Source: a virus (Duplodnaviria; Caudoviricetes). From it: a DNA stretch of 64,000 nucleotides. The notes under the pieces were generated by a model. It saw only the letters and a program-made list of their open reading frames with translations, made no database searches and was not told the DNA's origin. Within the stretch, counting starts at the first letter, position 1. Every line of letters starts with the position of its first letter. The position numbers were made by a program, and so were the translations under genes. The DNA is taken from positions 12,649-76,648 of the IMG/VR virus record IMGVR_UViG_3300047160_003616; one strand, 5' to 3'. Positions 24,664-35,237 of this stretch are shown piece by piece.

Positions 24664-25332
24664 CTACGGGGGCGGATGCATCATTTTTGTGTCCTGATCT
24701 GCCACCAGTTGAATAATTCCGCGTGTCTGAAGTTCACTGATTAGCTTAAATTCGCGTCCACGACGTAAGTTGCACCCACAACAACTCGGTACCAAATTAG
24801 TCGGGTCATTGTTGGCTTTGTCGTGATCAAGGTGATCGACACAGATTCCATCGAGTCCGCCCCAATGAAGATCGGTCTTACCGCAGTCATATACGAAGTG
24901 CCAATGACATTCGTGTGGTCCAGAACCGATCTTGTCATACAGCACCGCTCGATGCTCCATCACAATCGCACCGGTTGTAGCAAGAGGATGATCGTACTGC
25001 ATGGTTCGACCGTGATACCCCGACTCAGAAACAAACCGCCCCATCGCAGGAAGGCCCCACTTTTTCCCACGCAAGGACGCTGATTTCTTCGCCCGTGCCT
25101 CTGGGGTGTGCAACCTATCAACTGTTGCTCTCACCGCAGCACGCTGCTCATCAGTCCATCTTCCTTTATGCCCTTCCGATACCGCCGCCAGAAACGCAGC
25201 CATGACTTCCGGCTGTTCCCGTCGTTGTACCCACTCAGCCTTCATCCTAAATGAGGTCTGCTCTCGCATTTCAGCCGTCCTCATATAAGAAGAATGTCGG
25301 CCACATTGGCAACCCGGAGCACATTTACTCAA
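24664..25332 (-). CDS. HNH endonuclease (NUMOD3-like segment)
   Basis: EHRAVLYDKIG, VDHLDHDKANNDPTNLVPSCCGCN; low GC. Confidence 0.85.
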   Translation of the reverse strand: MSKCAPGCQCGRHSSYMRTAEMREQTSFRMKAEWVQRREQPEVMAAFLAAVSEGHKGRWTDEQRAAVRATVDRLHTPEARAKKSASLRGKKWGLPAMGRFVSESGYHGRTMQYDHPLATTGAIVMEHRAVLYDKIGSGPHECHWHFVYDCGKTDLHWGGLDGICVDHLDHDKANNDPTNLVPSCCGCNLRRGREFKLISELQTRGIIQLVADQDTKMMHPPP

Positions 25333-26033
25333 TGTTGGCTCCTAACTTGCCAATAGCGAATATCATTCAGGAGTTTGCAAAATGCGTTGACCTCTTTGAG
25401 GAAGCTGTCGGCCTGGCTGAACAGATAGAACCGGAAGTAGGCGTGGTAGCGATCCTTCTGGCTCTTGCGGTTAGCCGTGGCCTGCTTGTCTCCTTGGGTA
25501 CCGTCCAGCACGCCCAACCAGCCGTCGTCGGAGATGTCCCCGGCGATCTGGCGGGCGTAGATGGCTTCCAGCATCAGTTTGTTGACCTGGGGCACCAGGC
25601 TCAACTTGACCCGTTCCAAGTTGACCAGGGTTTCCTCAATATCCTGACCGGTGAGTTGGGTCCACCGCTCGATGACGCCGCGCTCGTCGGTGAGCCACAC
25701 AGTGCGGCCCGCGGCATCCTTGACCACGATCCCTTCGCGCTGCACGGGCACGCGCAGACACTCATAGAAGCGGTCGATCACCTGGATGGTCGCCTCAAAG
25801 GCTTCGGCGAACATTCCCTCGGCGCTCATTCTGATACGTTCCAGAGCGGCGCGGTCTTCGGGACGCCAGGAGAATCGGATCTTTTGGAAGAGGTTGTTCT
25901 CGGAGGCCAACGCGGCCTCCTCGGTGATCGCGGTGGCCTCGGCCACCGGTTGTAAAGTCTCGGTGATCATTTGCTGAGCGAGGCGCTCCGCGAAGTCACC
26001 GAGGGGTCCACCACCTACAGAGGGATTCAACAT
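25329..26033 (-). CDS. Hypothetical protein
   Basis: Helical protein; start at MLNPSV uncertain. Confidence 0.65.
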   Translation of the reverse strand: MLNPSVGGGPLGDFAERLAQQMITETLQPVAEATAITEEAALASENNLFQKIRFSWRPEDRAALERIRMSAEGMFAEAFEATIQVIDRFYECLRVPVQREGIVVKDAAGRTVWLTDERGVIERWTQLTGQDIEETLVNLERVKLSLVPQVNKLMLEAIYARQIAGDISDDGWLGVLDGTQGDKQATANRKSQKDRYHAYFRFYLFSQADSFLKEVNAFCKLLNDIRYWQVRSQH

Positions 26034-26091
26034 TCCTCCAAATCGGATTCTGACGGCAGAATAACATGAATGAAACATTCGGGTTTGGTTG

Positions 26092-26532
26092 TCATGTCTC
26101 GGGTTTCTCCTCCCAGACCTTGATCTGCACGCCCAGCTCCTCGCCGATCTCGGCAACCCGCTTGCTCGCCAGCAGCGTGGTGACCTGGGCGTCGTCCTGA
26201 TAAACCACCCCCGTCATGGCGTCCAGACAGGCCCGGGAGAGCTTGTCGATGTCGGGGGCCTTGGTGGCCGGTGGGGTCTTGGTCTTGGGAGCGCCCTTGG
26301 GCCGGTAGAGCACGAAGGATAGCGTCATGGCCACGGGCCCCCGCAGGGGGCCCTGCCCGCGGCCCTCCACGCCTTCGGGGTAGGCCCCGGCTTCGATCAG
26401 CGCGTGGTGGGCGGCCAGCGCCACCCGTTCACGCCAGGGGGCCAGCTCTTTATTGGATTCGCGCACACCCCACTGGGTGCGCACTTTGGAGCCCTGACTC
26501 TGCGGTTTGCCGGGCACAAAAAACTGGATCAT
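26092..26532 (-). CDS. rusA: RusA-like Holliday junction resolvase
   Basis: FFVPGKP.SQGSK, PDIDKL.RA.LDAMTG.VY.DDAQV. Confidence 0.9.
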   Translation of the reverse strand: MIQFFVPGKPQSQGSKVRTQWGVRESNKELAPWRERVALAAHHALIEAGAYPEGVEGRGQGPLRGPVAMTLSFVLYRPKGAPKTKTPPATKAPDIDKLSRACLDAMTGVVYQDDAQVTTLLASKRVAEIGEELGVQIKVWEEKPET

Positions 26533-27290
26533 TCCTCCTGGCCTTTCAGCCAACATTGGAAGCGTGCCGGGCATTTGTCGATGATGTCCTTATCCCCTGG
26601 CCCACAACAGTATTTGGGCGGCTCGTTGGCCTCGATGGCCGCTCGCACCCGGTCGAATTTGGCATAGATCGAATCCAGGAGTTGGCGGTCGCGTTTCACG
26701 TGGAACTCACGCAGCCGATAGGGAAAGCCCGCCTCGGCCATCAGTAGCACGCCCAGGTCGGCGTCCTGGGAGTCCAGGCCCAGATTGAGCTGGGCGATCC
26801 AGGAGGGCTCGGGCTCGTCCTGGAACTTCCACTTGTAGTGGGTGCGGGTTTTGAACTCCACCGGCAGCACAGATCCGTTGGGGTGATGCGCAATCCAGTC
26901 GATCCGGCCGCGCACGTGGTGCGCGGCGTTGACGTATTCGACCTCGATGTCCTCCTTGGTGACCAGCTTGCACATCTCCATCTGGGTCTGGATCACCCCG
27001 TGCAGGGCGGAGCCCATGGCCAGCGTCATCTGGCGCTGCACGCTGTTGCGCTCCCAGACCATCAGCGGGGCGGTGGCCGGATGGAACATGTAGAACAGCT
27101 GGCGCTCGCCCATTAGAGCGTGCGTGGAGGGGTGGAAATACCCATCGCCGAGGCCGTAATAGGGGCGCGAATCAATGCGGATGTCGTAGTGCTCGGGCCA
27201 GTCGTCGGCCAACATCCCGGCCTCAAAGAACGGGGTGATCAGGTCGCGCTGACCCAGACTCTTGAGCAGGGAATCAAACCCGGTAGCCAT
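26529..27290 (-). CDS. Cas4/RecB-like PD-(D/E)xK exonuclease
   Basis: G..LH, E, RGRID, VEFKT, Q...Y-like motif, C-terminal Cys cluster. Confidence 0.8.
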   Translation of the reverse strand: MATGFDSLLKSLGQRDLITPFFEAGMLADDWPEHYDIRIDSRPYYGLGDGYFHPSTHALMGERQLFYMFHPATAPLMVWERNSVQRQMTLAMGSALHGVIQTQMEMCKLVTKEDIEVEYVNAAHHVRGRIDWIAHHPNGSVLPVEFKTRTHYKWKFQDEPEPSWIAQLNLGLDSQDADLGVLLMAEAGFPYRLREFHVKRDRQLLDSIYAKFDRVRAAIEANEPPKYCCGPGDKDIIDKCPARFQCWLKGQEE

Positions 27291-27624
27291 CGAGCAACTC
27301 CTTGAAGTCGTGGAATGACAGCACAACGTAGTCCTCGCCCCCGACATGCAGGCCATTGCGCAACGCGAAGCGCAGCGGGAGGATGAACCGTTTGCCTAAA
27401 GCCATTGCAGTCTCGCCCATCTGGCGCAGATCGGCAGATCTGAGACTGAAGGAGTGCGATTCGGTGTACTTGCAGTCAGCCAGTAGCGGAAACGGACCCT
27501 CGTTGCCGCGGGTCACCGCATCGCCGGGGTCGAAAAACCTGATCCCGGAGTGGATGGTGGTGTCCAGGCCCAGGTGCTGGGCCACCTCGTCCTCCCAATG
27601 CTGCCAATGCTCACGCCTGGTCAT
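27274..27624 (-). CDS. PD-(D/E)xK nuclease, archaeal-type Holliday junction resolvase-like
   Basis: WEDEVA..LG...SG...GD...ADCKYT. Confidence 0.65.
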   Translation of the reverse strand: MTRREHWQHWEDEVAQHLGLDTTIHSGIRFFDPGDAVTRGNEGPFPLLADCKYTESHSFSLRSADLRQMGETAMALGKRFILPLRFALRNGLHVGGEDYVVLSFHDFKELLDGYRV

Positions 27625-28735
27625 GAAACAACACCTTGTCCTGATAGACCTGGGTGAGGTTGACGTTCACCTCGGTCTCATCGGGGTCGGACATCGGGGC
27701 CACCTGGGCACCGATGCTGGCGATGGTGGCCATCACCTGCTCGGCGAGCTTCTTCTGCACCGGCTTATCGGATTTGACGGCCTCCATGAACCGCTCAAAG
27801 CCCTGCACCTTGCTGCCGGGCAGCAGGTCGTGGTGATACCAGCCGCCCTTCTTGGCGACCACGCCGGATAACGGTGCCAGCCTTGTGATCTCATCCAGCG
27901 AGTCGATGCCGAAGCCGTGCTCGTCGGTGGGCACGTTGTAGAACCAATACATCGCCGTGCGGCCCTCCGGGCCGACACCGTTCTTGCGCACCTTGGCGTG
28001 CACGTCGTAGCCGATGCGCATCCGCTCCCCGTTGATGGTGGCTTCCTTCTTCTCCCGGCCTCGCACCAGCTCGATACGCAAGGTGCACAGATGCCGCCAA
28101 GACCAGCCACCGGGGGTGTCCACCAGGCCGGGGATGCGGGTATTGAGCACGGCGCGCACCTGGTTGACCCCGATGGTCAGGCAGTTGTAGATGGAGGCAT
28201 GCGTGGTGGCCGCTCGGGAGAACTCGCTGACCCCCGCGGCATTGCCGGTGACCGTGCGCACCTCGGCGTCGTCACTGGTGCGCACCGTGGGTGCCCCGCC
28301 AATGGAATCCAGGATGGCACAACAGACTTGGCCGCTGGCGGCAGCGGTGCGGTACATGTTGGTGGCGCGCTCGATGCTCGACGGCTGCATGTAGAAGATG
28401 CGGCTAGTCAGCAGGTCGGGACCGACGATCATCTCCAACCAGTCCTTGTCCAGCTTGTGCTCCACGTCCATGATCAGCCCGAAGCGATCCGGGTAGCGGT
28501 CCAGCGCATTGAGCATGGCGTGCAACGCCAGCGTGGTCTTGCCGGTGCCCTCCTTGCCGAAGATTTCCACCACGCGGTTGGACGGGAAGCCACCGAAGTC
28601 GGTGGCGTAGTCCAGCGCCAGGGAGCCGGTGGAGATCGGGTCTCCGACCGGGATCTTGTTGGCCATCATGATCTCGTCCTCGCCGAACTCCTTCTGCATA
28701 CCGGCGAGCAGGGTCTCGGCTTTGGGATTGGGCAT
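27611..28735 (-). CDS. recA: RecA recombinase
   Basis: STGSLALD, Walker A GKEGTGKTT, ILDSIG, NQVR. Confidence 0.95.
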   Translation of the reverse strand: MPNPKAETLLAGMQKEFGEDEIMMANKIPVGDPISTGSLALDYATDFGGFPSNRVVEIFGKEGTGKTTLALHAMLNALDRYPDRFGLIMDVEHKLDKDWLEMIVGPDLLTSRIFYMQPSSIERATNMYRTAAASGQVCCAILDSIGGAPTVRTSDDAEVRTVTGNAAGVSEFSRAATTHASIYNCLTIGVNQVRAVLNTRIPGLVDTPGGWSWRHLCTLRIELVRGREKKEATINGERMRIGYDVHAKVRKNGVGPEGRTAMYWFYNVPTDEHGFGIDSLDEITRLAPLSGVVAKKGGWYHHDLLPGSKVQGFERFMEAVKSDKPVQKKLAEQVMATIASIGAQVAPMSDPDETEVNVNLTQVYQDKVLFHDQA

Positions 28736-31700
28736 CAGGGCAGTCCTTCCCGGTCGTAGAGATGATCAAGGCGGTCTACATGCTCTAAGCAGCAGCCGTT
28801 GTCCAGGCGCTTGACGGTCAGCGCCACCGGAGCCCCCAGCTGCAATAGGTCTTTGGCCAGCGCCCAGGCCTCGGGGAAGCACACCACCCGGAAGTCGGCC
28901 TCGTTCCACTCCACGGTGATATGCGCCATCTCCGCGCCGGGCGTGCGGCCCGACTTGGTCACGGTGAGCCGGATGTTGGTGAGCTGGCCGCCCACGCAAA
29001 ACTGTTGTCCCCGAGTGAAATTGATCATGTCCATCGGGTCACGTAGGGCCAGCTTGTCCAACGCGGTGACGTAGCGTTCCAGTGGGTCCACGGTGACGTA
29101 AGTGCCCACCAACGTCTTTTCGATCTCATACATCACCTTGGGATCGGCGAAGTCGGGCACCTCGACGCGCCACTGGTCGTTGCCGCTGGCCAGGCGGCGC
29201 TCCACCACGGTGTTCAGCTTGACCGGGTCGACCAGGGTGGAGTCGGCCAGCCCGCGGGCGGCCCGATACCGTGCCAGCCGCCTCAGCATCTCCTCCCGGG
29301 TGCCCATCTCGTTGAAGGCCCCGATGTAGATCAGGTTGACGGCCACGCCCTTGTCAGCCCCGTCCTTGGAGCGCGACAGGTAGTCCTCCAAGGAGGTGTA
29401 CGGCCGGGCGGCCATGATGCCCTTGCAGGAGGCCGCGCCCACCCCGCGCACGGTGTCCAGCCCGTAGCGGATGTCGTCGCCCTCGATGGTGAATTTGGGC
29501 TCGCTCTTGTTGATGTCAGGCGGCAGGATGGTGATCTTGCGCCGCCGGGCCTCGCGCACGTAGCTGTTGATGTGCTTGGCGTCGGTGGCCATCAGCGCCA
29601 CCAGGAACTCCTGCGGATAGTAGAACTTCAGCCAGATCTCCCAGGTGGCGATGAACGCCCCGTACTCCACGGCGTGGCTCCAGTTGAAGGCGTAGCGCCC
29701 GGACGCCTCGATGGAGGTCCAGATCTTCTCGGCGATCCTGGTGGCCTCGGCCTCGTCTAGCGCCTTGGAGTTCTGGTAGTGGGTGAACTCCCAGTTGGCC
29801 AGGCAGCCGGTGAGGAACTTCTCCTTGAGCGCCACCAGCTGGTCCATGTACTTCTTGCCCACCGCGGTGCGCACGTCATCGGCTTCATCGGCGGTGAAGG
29901 AGGCCAGCAGCTGCACGGCCTCCATGATCTGTTCCTGGTAGACCAGGATGCCGAAGGTGTTGGTGGACCAGCCCGGCCCTACGATGCGCTCCATCAACGG
30001 GTGGTCGTAGAGCACCGGTTCCAGCGCCGCACGGCGGCGCAGGTAGGTCTCCTTGAGCCCGGCGTCGGCCACGCCGGGCCGGATGATGGAGGTGAGATCG
30101 GCGATGTCGCGGTGGCTTTGAGGCTTGAACTCGATGCAGGCCTGGGTGCAGTTGGAGGTCTCTACCTGGAAGATACCCAAGGTCTGGCCGTCGGCGAGCT
30201 GTGGCCAAATGTCCGGGTCGGTGAAGTGCTCGTCGCCGAAGGTGAGCACATTGGTGCAGCCCTTGGGCACCGAGAGCCCGGTGCGGTCGAAGTCGATCCA
30301 CACCCCGTGGCGCTCATAGATCAAGCGGCGGGCGCGGGAAATGGTGTCCAGATGGCGCAAGCCCAGCCAGTCGAACTTCACCCCGCCCAGGCGCTCCACG
30401 TCGTGCATGTCCAGCTGGGTGGTCGCGCCTTTGGTCGGGGAGTCCCGTAGTGGCACCCGGCCCAGGATGGGCTCAGCGGAGATCAGGATGCCCGAGGGGT
30501 GCACCCCGGAGTGCCGGGCCAGCCCGGTCAGCTCACCCATGAACTGAAACACCTTGGGGTACTTGGCCGCATAGGGAGCCAGCGCATGGCCCTTGCGCTC
30601 CACCAGCTCGGTGTAGGTCAGCTCCTCCTCGTCGGGGTTGTTGGGGTCCTTGAGCCGCTCCACCTCCTCGATGTGCTTGGAGATGGCGTCAACATCCAGA
30701 CGACCCTCGGTGGTCTCGGAGACCTTGTAGGCCCGGGCCAGATCGCGCAGCGTGGCCTTGGGCCCGCTGCGGTTGAAAGTCCCGATGGCACAGACATTCT
30801 CCTCGCCGTAGCGCTTGCGCAGATACTTCAACACCAGCGGGCGCTCGGACTGCGGCACGTCCACGTCGATGTCGGGCAGGCCTTTGCGGCCGGGGGAAAG
30901 GAACCGGGAAAACAGCGTGCCGTATTTGAGCGGGTCGATCAGGGTGATGTTGGTCAGGTAGGCCACCAGACACCCCCCGGCCGACCCGCGGCCGGGGCCC
31001 ACCAACAAGGGCTCCTTGATCGCTCCCTTTTTGACGAACTGCGACCAGGAACCCGAGCGGAAGGCCATCGCCGAGTCGCGCACGATGTTGAAGTAGCCCG
31101 CGAAGTGCCGGTCGCGGATCAGCTTCAGCTCCTCCTCTAGCCGGGCCAGATAGGGCCCTTGGTCGAGTCCCTCATCCACCACGTAGCGCTGAAAACCCTC
31201 CCCGCAGGCCGCCACCAGGGAGGCGAAGTCCTCGTCCTCGCTGACGGCCAGCCGCGGCATGCTCATGGTGGGCTGGATCGTGACGTGGCACTGGGTGGCG
31301 ATGTCGGCGGAGTTCTTGATGGCCTCGGCGATCACCTCGGCCGGGATGCCGTGTTTGCCCATCCACAGATAGATCTCGTCCTCGCCCATCAGGTGATCGG
31401 CGATCTGGCTCATGGTGGCCAACGTGCTGCGCATCTTGTCGGAGTCCTCGCCGGTGTTGAACAACCACACCAACTCCTTGTTGATCCACTTCTCCGGGGC
31501 GGCGTGATGGGAGTCGTTGACCACCACCATCGGCACCGACATCTCTTGGGCGAAGCGCATTTTGGCGTGATTGAGGCGGCGCATCTTGGCGTTCATCGCC
31601 ATGTGCTCAGGCTTGGAGTCGTTCATGTACTGCCAGGTATGCAACTCGATAAAAAATCGGTCCCGGTAGATGTGGCGCAGCGTGCCCAGCAGTTGGCGGG

Positions 31701-32184
31701 CGGTGTCCTCCTGGCCGTCCTGGATGGCCTCGTAGAACTGGGTCATCATGCAGCCATCGGAGGCCCAGATGCCCTCGGCGTACTTGGCCAGCAGCTCGGG
31801 GGTGGCGATGGGTTTGTAGTCGAAGTACGGGGCCTGATAGGCCTCGCTCGACAGCGCCCACAGATTGGACAGGCCCTCGTTAGTCATCGCCAGCAGGCAC
31901 AGGTGACTGGGCGAGGGACGGCGCAGCTTGCCCTTCTGCTTCCGATGCCAGGCCACCTGCTCACCGAACATCCAGTAACCTTCAATCCCCGGGACGAACC
32001 CAAGACCCGCCGCGCCCGCGGCGCGGCTCATGGCCAGGTGCTGGTTGCACTCGCCGTGATCAGTGAGCGCGACATGGCTCATGCCCAGGGCCACGGCGCG
32101 GTCGACCACCTCCTGGACCCGGGCCTCCCCGTCGAGGAAGGAGCCCTCGGTGTGCTGGTGGAAATTGACTTGCAGAGTCATCAC
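28735..32184 (-). CDS. dnaE: DNA polymerase III alpha subunit
   Basis: PHP motifs H.HT..S.LDG, TDHG, NDSH; GPGRGSAGG; PDIDVD; C-terminal OB fold; no obvious intein. Confidence 0.95.
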   Translation of the reverse strand: MMTLQVNFHQHTEGSFLDGEARVQEVVDRAVALGMSHVALTDHGECNQHLAMSRAAGAAGLGFVPGIEGYWMFGEQVAWHRKQKGKLRRPSPSHLCLLAMTNEGLSNLWALSSEAYQAPYFDYKPIATPELLAKYAEGIWASDGCMMTQFYEAIQDGQEDTARQLLGTLRHIYRDRFFIELHTWQYMNDSKPEHMAMNAKMRRLNHAKMRFAQEMSVPMVVVNDSHHAAPEKWINKELVWLFNTGEDSDKMRSTLATMSQIADHLMGEDEIYLWMGKHGIPAEVIAEAIKNSADIATQCHVTIQPTMSMPRLAVSEDEDFASLVAACGEGFQRYVVDEGLDQGPYLARLEEELKLIRDRHFAGYFNIVRDSAMAFRSGSWSQFVKKGAIKEPLLVGPGRGSAGGCLVAYLTNITLIDPLKYGTLFSRFLSPGRKGLPDIDVDVPQSERPLVLKYLRKRYGEENVCAIGTFNRSGPKATLRDLARAYKVSETTEGRLDVDAISKHIEEVERLKDPNNPDEEELTYTELVERKGHALAPYAAKYPKVFQFMGELTGLARHSGVHPSGILISAEPILGRVPLRDSPTKGATTQLDMHDVERLGGVKFDWLGLRHLDTISRARRLIYERHGVWIDFDRTGLSVPKGCTNVLTFGDEHFTDPDIWPQLADGQTLGIFQVETSNCTQACIEFKPQSHRDIADLTSIIRPGVADAGLKETYLRRRAALEPVLYDHPLMERIVGPGWSTNTFGILVYQEQIMEAVQLLASFTADEADDVRTAVGKKYMDQLVALKEKFLTGCLANWEFTHYQNSKALDEAEATRIAEKIWTSIEASGRYAFNWSHAVEYGAFIATWEIWLKFYYPQEFLVALMATDAKHINSYVREARRRKITILPPDINKSEPKFTIEGDDIRYGLDTVRGVGAASCKGIMAARPYTSLEDYLSRSKDGADKGVAVNLIYIGAFNEMGTREEMLRRLARYRAARGLADSTLVDPVKLNTVVERRLASGNDQWRVEVPDFADPKVMYEIEKTLVGTYVTVDPLERYVTALDKLALRDPMDMINFTRGQQFCVGGQLTNIRLTVTKSGRTPGAEMAHITVEWNEADFRVVCFPEAWALAKDLLQLGAPVALTVKRLDNGCCLEHVDRLDHLYDREGLP

Positions 32185-32684
32185 TGCGTGACAGGGATAG
32201 GGAGTCCCTCGGAAAGAGACTCATCGAGGCGGCGAAGCTGGTCTCGGGTCATCACGTAGCAATCGCCGTGCCCGACATTTTTGAGGTTGGCCGGGGTGAT
32301 GAAATCCCCAGACCGCACCCAGCCCAGCAAGGTGACTTCGGCACCGCACACCAGGGCCAGCACGTAGAGATCGCAGGAGTCGACCTGCTTCCAGCGCGGG
32401 GCGATCAGCCGGTGGTCGGAGTGGGTCACCGCCTTGATGTCCACCCGCACCCCGTCATGCAGCACGTCATAGGAATGCGCCGTGGCCGGGGCGGTGAGAT
32501 CGGGGAAGACGTTGGCCCACTTGGCGTAGGCGATCTCGGCGGTGACCCCGGCCACCTTGTCCCCGAACGGGTCGGGGGAGAAGTGCGGGTCGGTCAGCTT
32601 GGCCGCCGCACAGGCGAGTTCACGGTAGGCGGCGATCATCCGCACACACGCCAGTTCGCCGGGGTCCAGACTGATCGTGACCAT
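32181..32684 (-). CDS. Hypothetical protein, nuclease-like (YD....VDIK)
   Basis: 167 aa; possible PD-(D/E)xK fold. Confidence 0.6.
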   Translation of the reverse strand: MVTISLDPGELACVRMIAAYRELACAAAKLTDPHFSPDPFGDKVAGVTAEIAYAKWANVFPDLTAPATAHSYDVLHDGVRVDIKAVTHSDHRLIAPRWKQVDSCDLYVLALVCGAEVTLLGWVRSGDFITPANLKNVGHGDCYVMTRDQLRRLDESLSEGLPIPVTQ

Positions 32685-32706
32685 CAGTGGTCCTCCCCTG
32701 CTTGAG

Positions 32707-33663
32707 TTACTTGCTCTTGGCCGCCGCGATCAACTGCTCCTGCAGGGTGGCGAAGTTGGTGCCCGAGGTCGGGGCACTCACCGGGGCGTTCGCTTGCGCC
32801 TCGTCATTGTGGGTGGTGTCCGGGTGGTACTCATCCATCCCGGACGGTGTGGTGGTGGCCGTGGCCGTGGCAGCCCCGTCGGCGGTCAGCCAGAACTTGT
32901 AGCGGTCCTCACCGGAGTAGTAGGCCACGTACTCCTTGGTGGTGGTGGGGCACTTCAGGAAGCGGTTGGGGTCCTTCTCGTCCCACGGCTCGCCGTAGCC
33001 ATAGAGCTTCTTGACCAGCTCCACATCGGTCAGCTCCTCCACCGCGGGCAGCGGGATGATGGAGTAGGCGGTGTCGAAGCCCTCGCCGGTGCGAGTGATC
33101 TCGTAGTCGCGGTCGCACAACGTGCCATAGCGGTTGTAGCAGGAGACCGCCAGCGTCTTCCAGAAGTTGTTCAGGCTCTGCTGCACCACGCCGAAATAAC
33201 GGGCGGGCATCGCGGTGCCCTCTACATCCTTGTCGTAGAAGTAGTCCTCGATGACCAGCTTGCCGTCGCGCTGCACCTCCTGGCGCAGCACCGCGATGGC
33301 CATGGAGATCTGCCGCGGTGCACCGTCACCCTTGACGTTGGGGCCGGGGGCCTGCGGCTTGACGATGGGGCCGTTGGGCTTGCGCTGCCAGCCGATGCCC
33401 GGGGACGGGCTCACGTAGCGCAGCAGCCGGTCGGGGTCGGCCGGGTCGACCATAAAGTTCTTGGTGGTCCCGGACTTGTCCAGGATGAACTCGTGAATCC
33501 ACTGGGTCTCGTAGTCATCGGCCAAAAACCGGATGATCTTCTTGTCGCCGTTCTTCCAGTTGATGTACTGGATGTTGCGCCCGGCGGCGGCCCCGCGGGC
33601 CGCATCGGCCTTGCGCTGGCCCTCAGTGATAGCTTGCTGCATTGCTTGCATGCCAGATGTCAT
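32707..33663 (-). CDS. Single-stranded DNA-binding protein (gp32-like)
   Basis: K.IRFL, DRDYEITRTGEGFDTAY, position in the replication module. Confidence 0.7.
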   Translation of the reverse strand: MTSGMQAMQQAITEGQRKADAARGAAAGRNIQYINWKNGDKKIIRFLADDYETQWIHEFILDKSGTTKNFMVDPADPDRLLRYVSPSPGIGWQRKPNGPIVKPQAPGPNVKGDGAPRQISMAIAVLRQEVQRDGKLVIEDYFYDKDVEGTAMPARYFGVVQQSLNNFWKTLAVSCYNRYGTLCDRDYEITRTGEGFDTAYSIIPLPAVEELTDVELVKKLYGYGEPWDEKDPNRFLKCPTTTKEYVAYYSGEDRYKFWLTADGAATATATTTPSGMDEYHPDTTHNDEAQANAPVSAPTSGTNFATLQEQLIAAAKSK

Positions 33664-33762
33664 GTGCGTGTACGTGCTTTCTGTGTGCGTGTGTCGTATT
33701 GCGTGGGACTGAATTACCAGTCAATTTGAACTTTACTACATGGTTAGGACAAGGAGGGCATT

Positions 33763-34029
33763 TCAGCACACCGTTTTTTCCGGCGGCACCGCGGGGGCGG
33801 CCTTCTCGGCGGCCTGCTTGACCGCGATGCGTTCCTGCAGCGCGGCCTGCTGCTGGGCCTGCCGGGTCAGACAGTCCGGGATGGCCTCGTTGAGGCGCAC
33901 ACATAGCGGGGAGGTCGAGTCGTCGGCCAGCAGCCTCATCTTGCCCTCGGGATGCGCCTCGTCGGCCGGGTAGTGGCGCACCTTCTCACCCGAGGGCAGG
34001 GTGCGGATGGACACGCGCTTGTCACCCAT
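33763..34029 (-). CDS. Hypothetical protein
   Basis: MGDKRV start after GGGAGG. Confidence 0.55.
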   Translation of the reverse strand: MGDKRVSIRTLPSGEKVRHYPADEAHPEGKMRLLADDSTSPLCVRLNEAIPDCLTRQAQQQAALQERIAVKQAAEKAAPAVPPEKTVC

Positions 34030-35086
34030 AATGACCTCCCATTTTCTGCTGAAAATCGTACTCACCCAGTCGGACATAAGCGGGCATTGTGTGGAAGGAG
34101 GTGTAGCGGCAGAACTCATCGAGGTCGGCGACATCCCCCAGATCCTTGCCCTTGGAGGGCCGCACCCGGAACACCTCGGCATACCGGGTCAGCCCTTCCA
34201 GCAGGGTGCGCTCACCCTTTTCCCCGCTGTGGTCGGCATCGAACCACACCACCACCTTGTCCAGACAGCGCAGCAGGGCCAGCTGGCCCTCGGTGACCGC
34301 GGCCCCGAAGGTGGCCACCACGTTGCGCATCCCGATGGAGTAGGCCTTGGCCACGCTCATCGGCGACTCCACCACGAGCGCTACGCGCTCGTCGTCCAAC
34401 AGGTCGTAGGCATACAGGCTCTCGGCCTTGGGGAAGCCCGGCGAGTTGCGGTACTTGGGGAACTCGGGGTAGGTCTCCCCGGGCACCACCCGCTTCTGCC
34501 AGCCCACCAGGGTGTCGTTGATGAAATGCGGGAACACGATCCGGCGCTCGGTGGGGTCATAGCCCAGCTTGAGCAGCTGCTGGGTCTCGTGGGTGATGCC
34601 GCGGTGATCCCAGTAGACGTGCGGATGATCGAAGGCCGCCAGCACCGAGGGGTCGTAGGCGGGCAGGTTCAGTGCGTAGACCCCGGGCCCGGCCAGTGCG
34701 GCGGCCAGCTCGTCCTGCAGGATCTTGGCCTCGACCACCGCCCCTTCCAGCAACTCGCCCACCGTGGGCAAGATGTCGGCGAAGGCCTCCACACCCTCCA
34801 TGCGCATCATCAGATGGAACAGGTCCCCCGACCATCCCCCGGCATAGCAGACGTAGAGCTTCTTCTCGATATTGCAACAGGCACTGGGGTTTTCGTCGCC
34901 GTGGCTGTGGTGCGGCTCGACGCGGTCCAGCAGGCAGCTGTGCAGGATCTCGGTGGTGCCGTCGCGGTTGGGCACTTCCGACTGGTTCTCCGCGCCGTAG
35001 TGATCCAGCAGGGCCCGGGCGTCCAGGCGCTGCAGATACTGCGTGTAGATCTCCTTGGTGGCGATCTGGCCCAGGTCGAGTCTCAT
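34022..35086 (-). CDS. dnaG: DNA primase (Zn-binding domain + TOPRIM)
   Basis: C...H.HGD.NPS.C, RIVFP, VVES..S, FDAD..G. Confidence 0.9.
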   Translation of the reverse strand: MRLDLGQIATKEIYTQYLQRLDARALLDHYGAENQSEVPNRDGTTEILHSCLLDRVEPHHSHGDENPSACCNIEKKLYVCYAGGWSGDLFHLMMRMEGVEAFADILPTVGELLEGAVVEAKILQDELAAALAGPGVYALNLPAYDPSVLAAFDHPHVYWDHRGITHETQQLLKLGYDPTERRIVFPHFINDTLVGWQKRVVPGETYPEFPKYRNSPGFPKAESLYAYDLLDDERVALVVESPMSVAKAYSIGMRNVVATFGAAVTEGQLALLRCLDKVVVWFDADHSGEKGERTLLEGLTRYAEVFRVRPSKGKDLGDVADLDEFCRYTSFHTMPAYVRLGEYDFQQKMGGHYG

Positions 35087-35237
35087 GGCTCGGCCACCGG
35101 CTGGCTGGGGTCCTGATGGCAGTGCAGGCTGGTGACCCGGGAGACCAGCGGGTTGGCATGCCACCACTGCTTACCCTCTTGAAACTCAAACTCCATGATC
35201 TGCTCGTGGCAGTGACGGCAGACCTCGATCTCCCGCT

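Noticed and set aside
26529-27290. Self-targeting of the phage exonuclease by units A and D
   Set aside because: The protein lacks SVTTIL and YAGTLD motifs (it has HVRGRIDWI)
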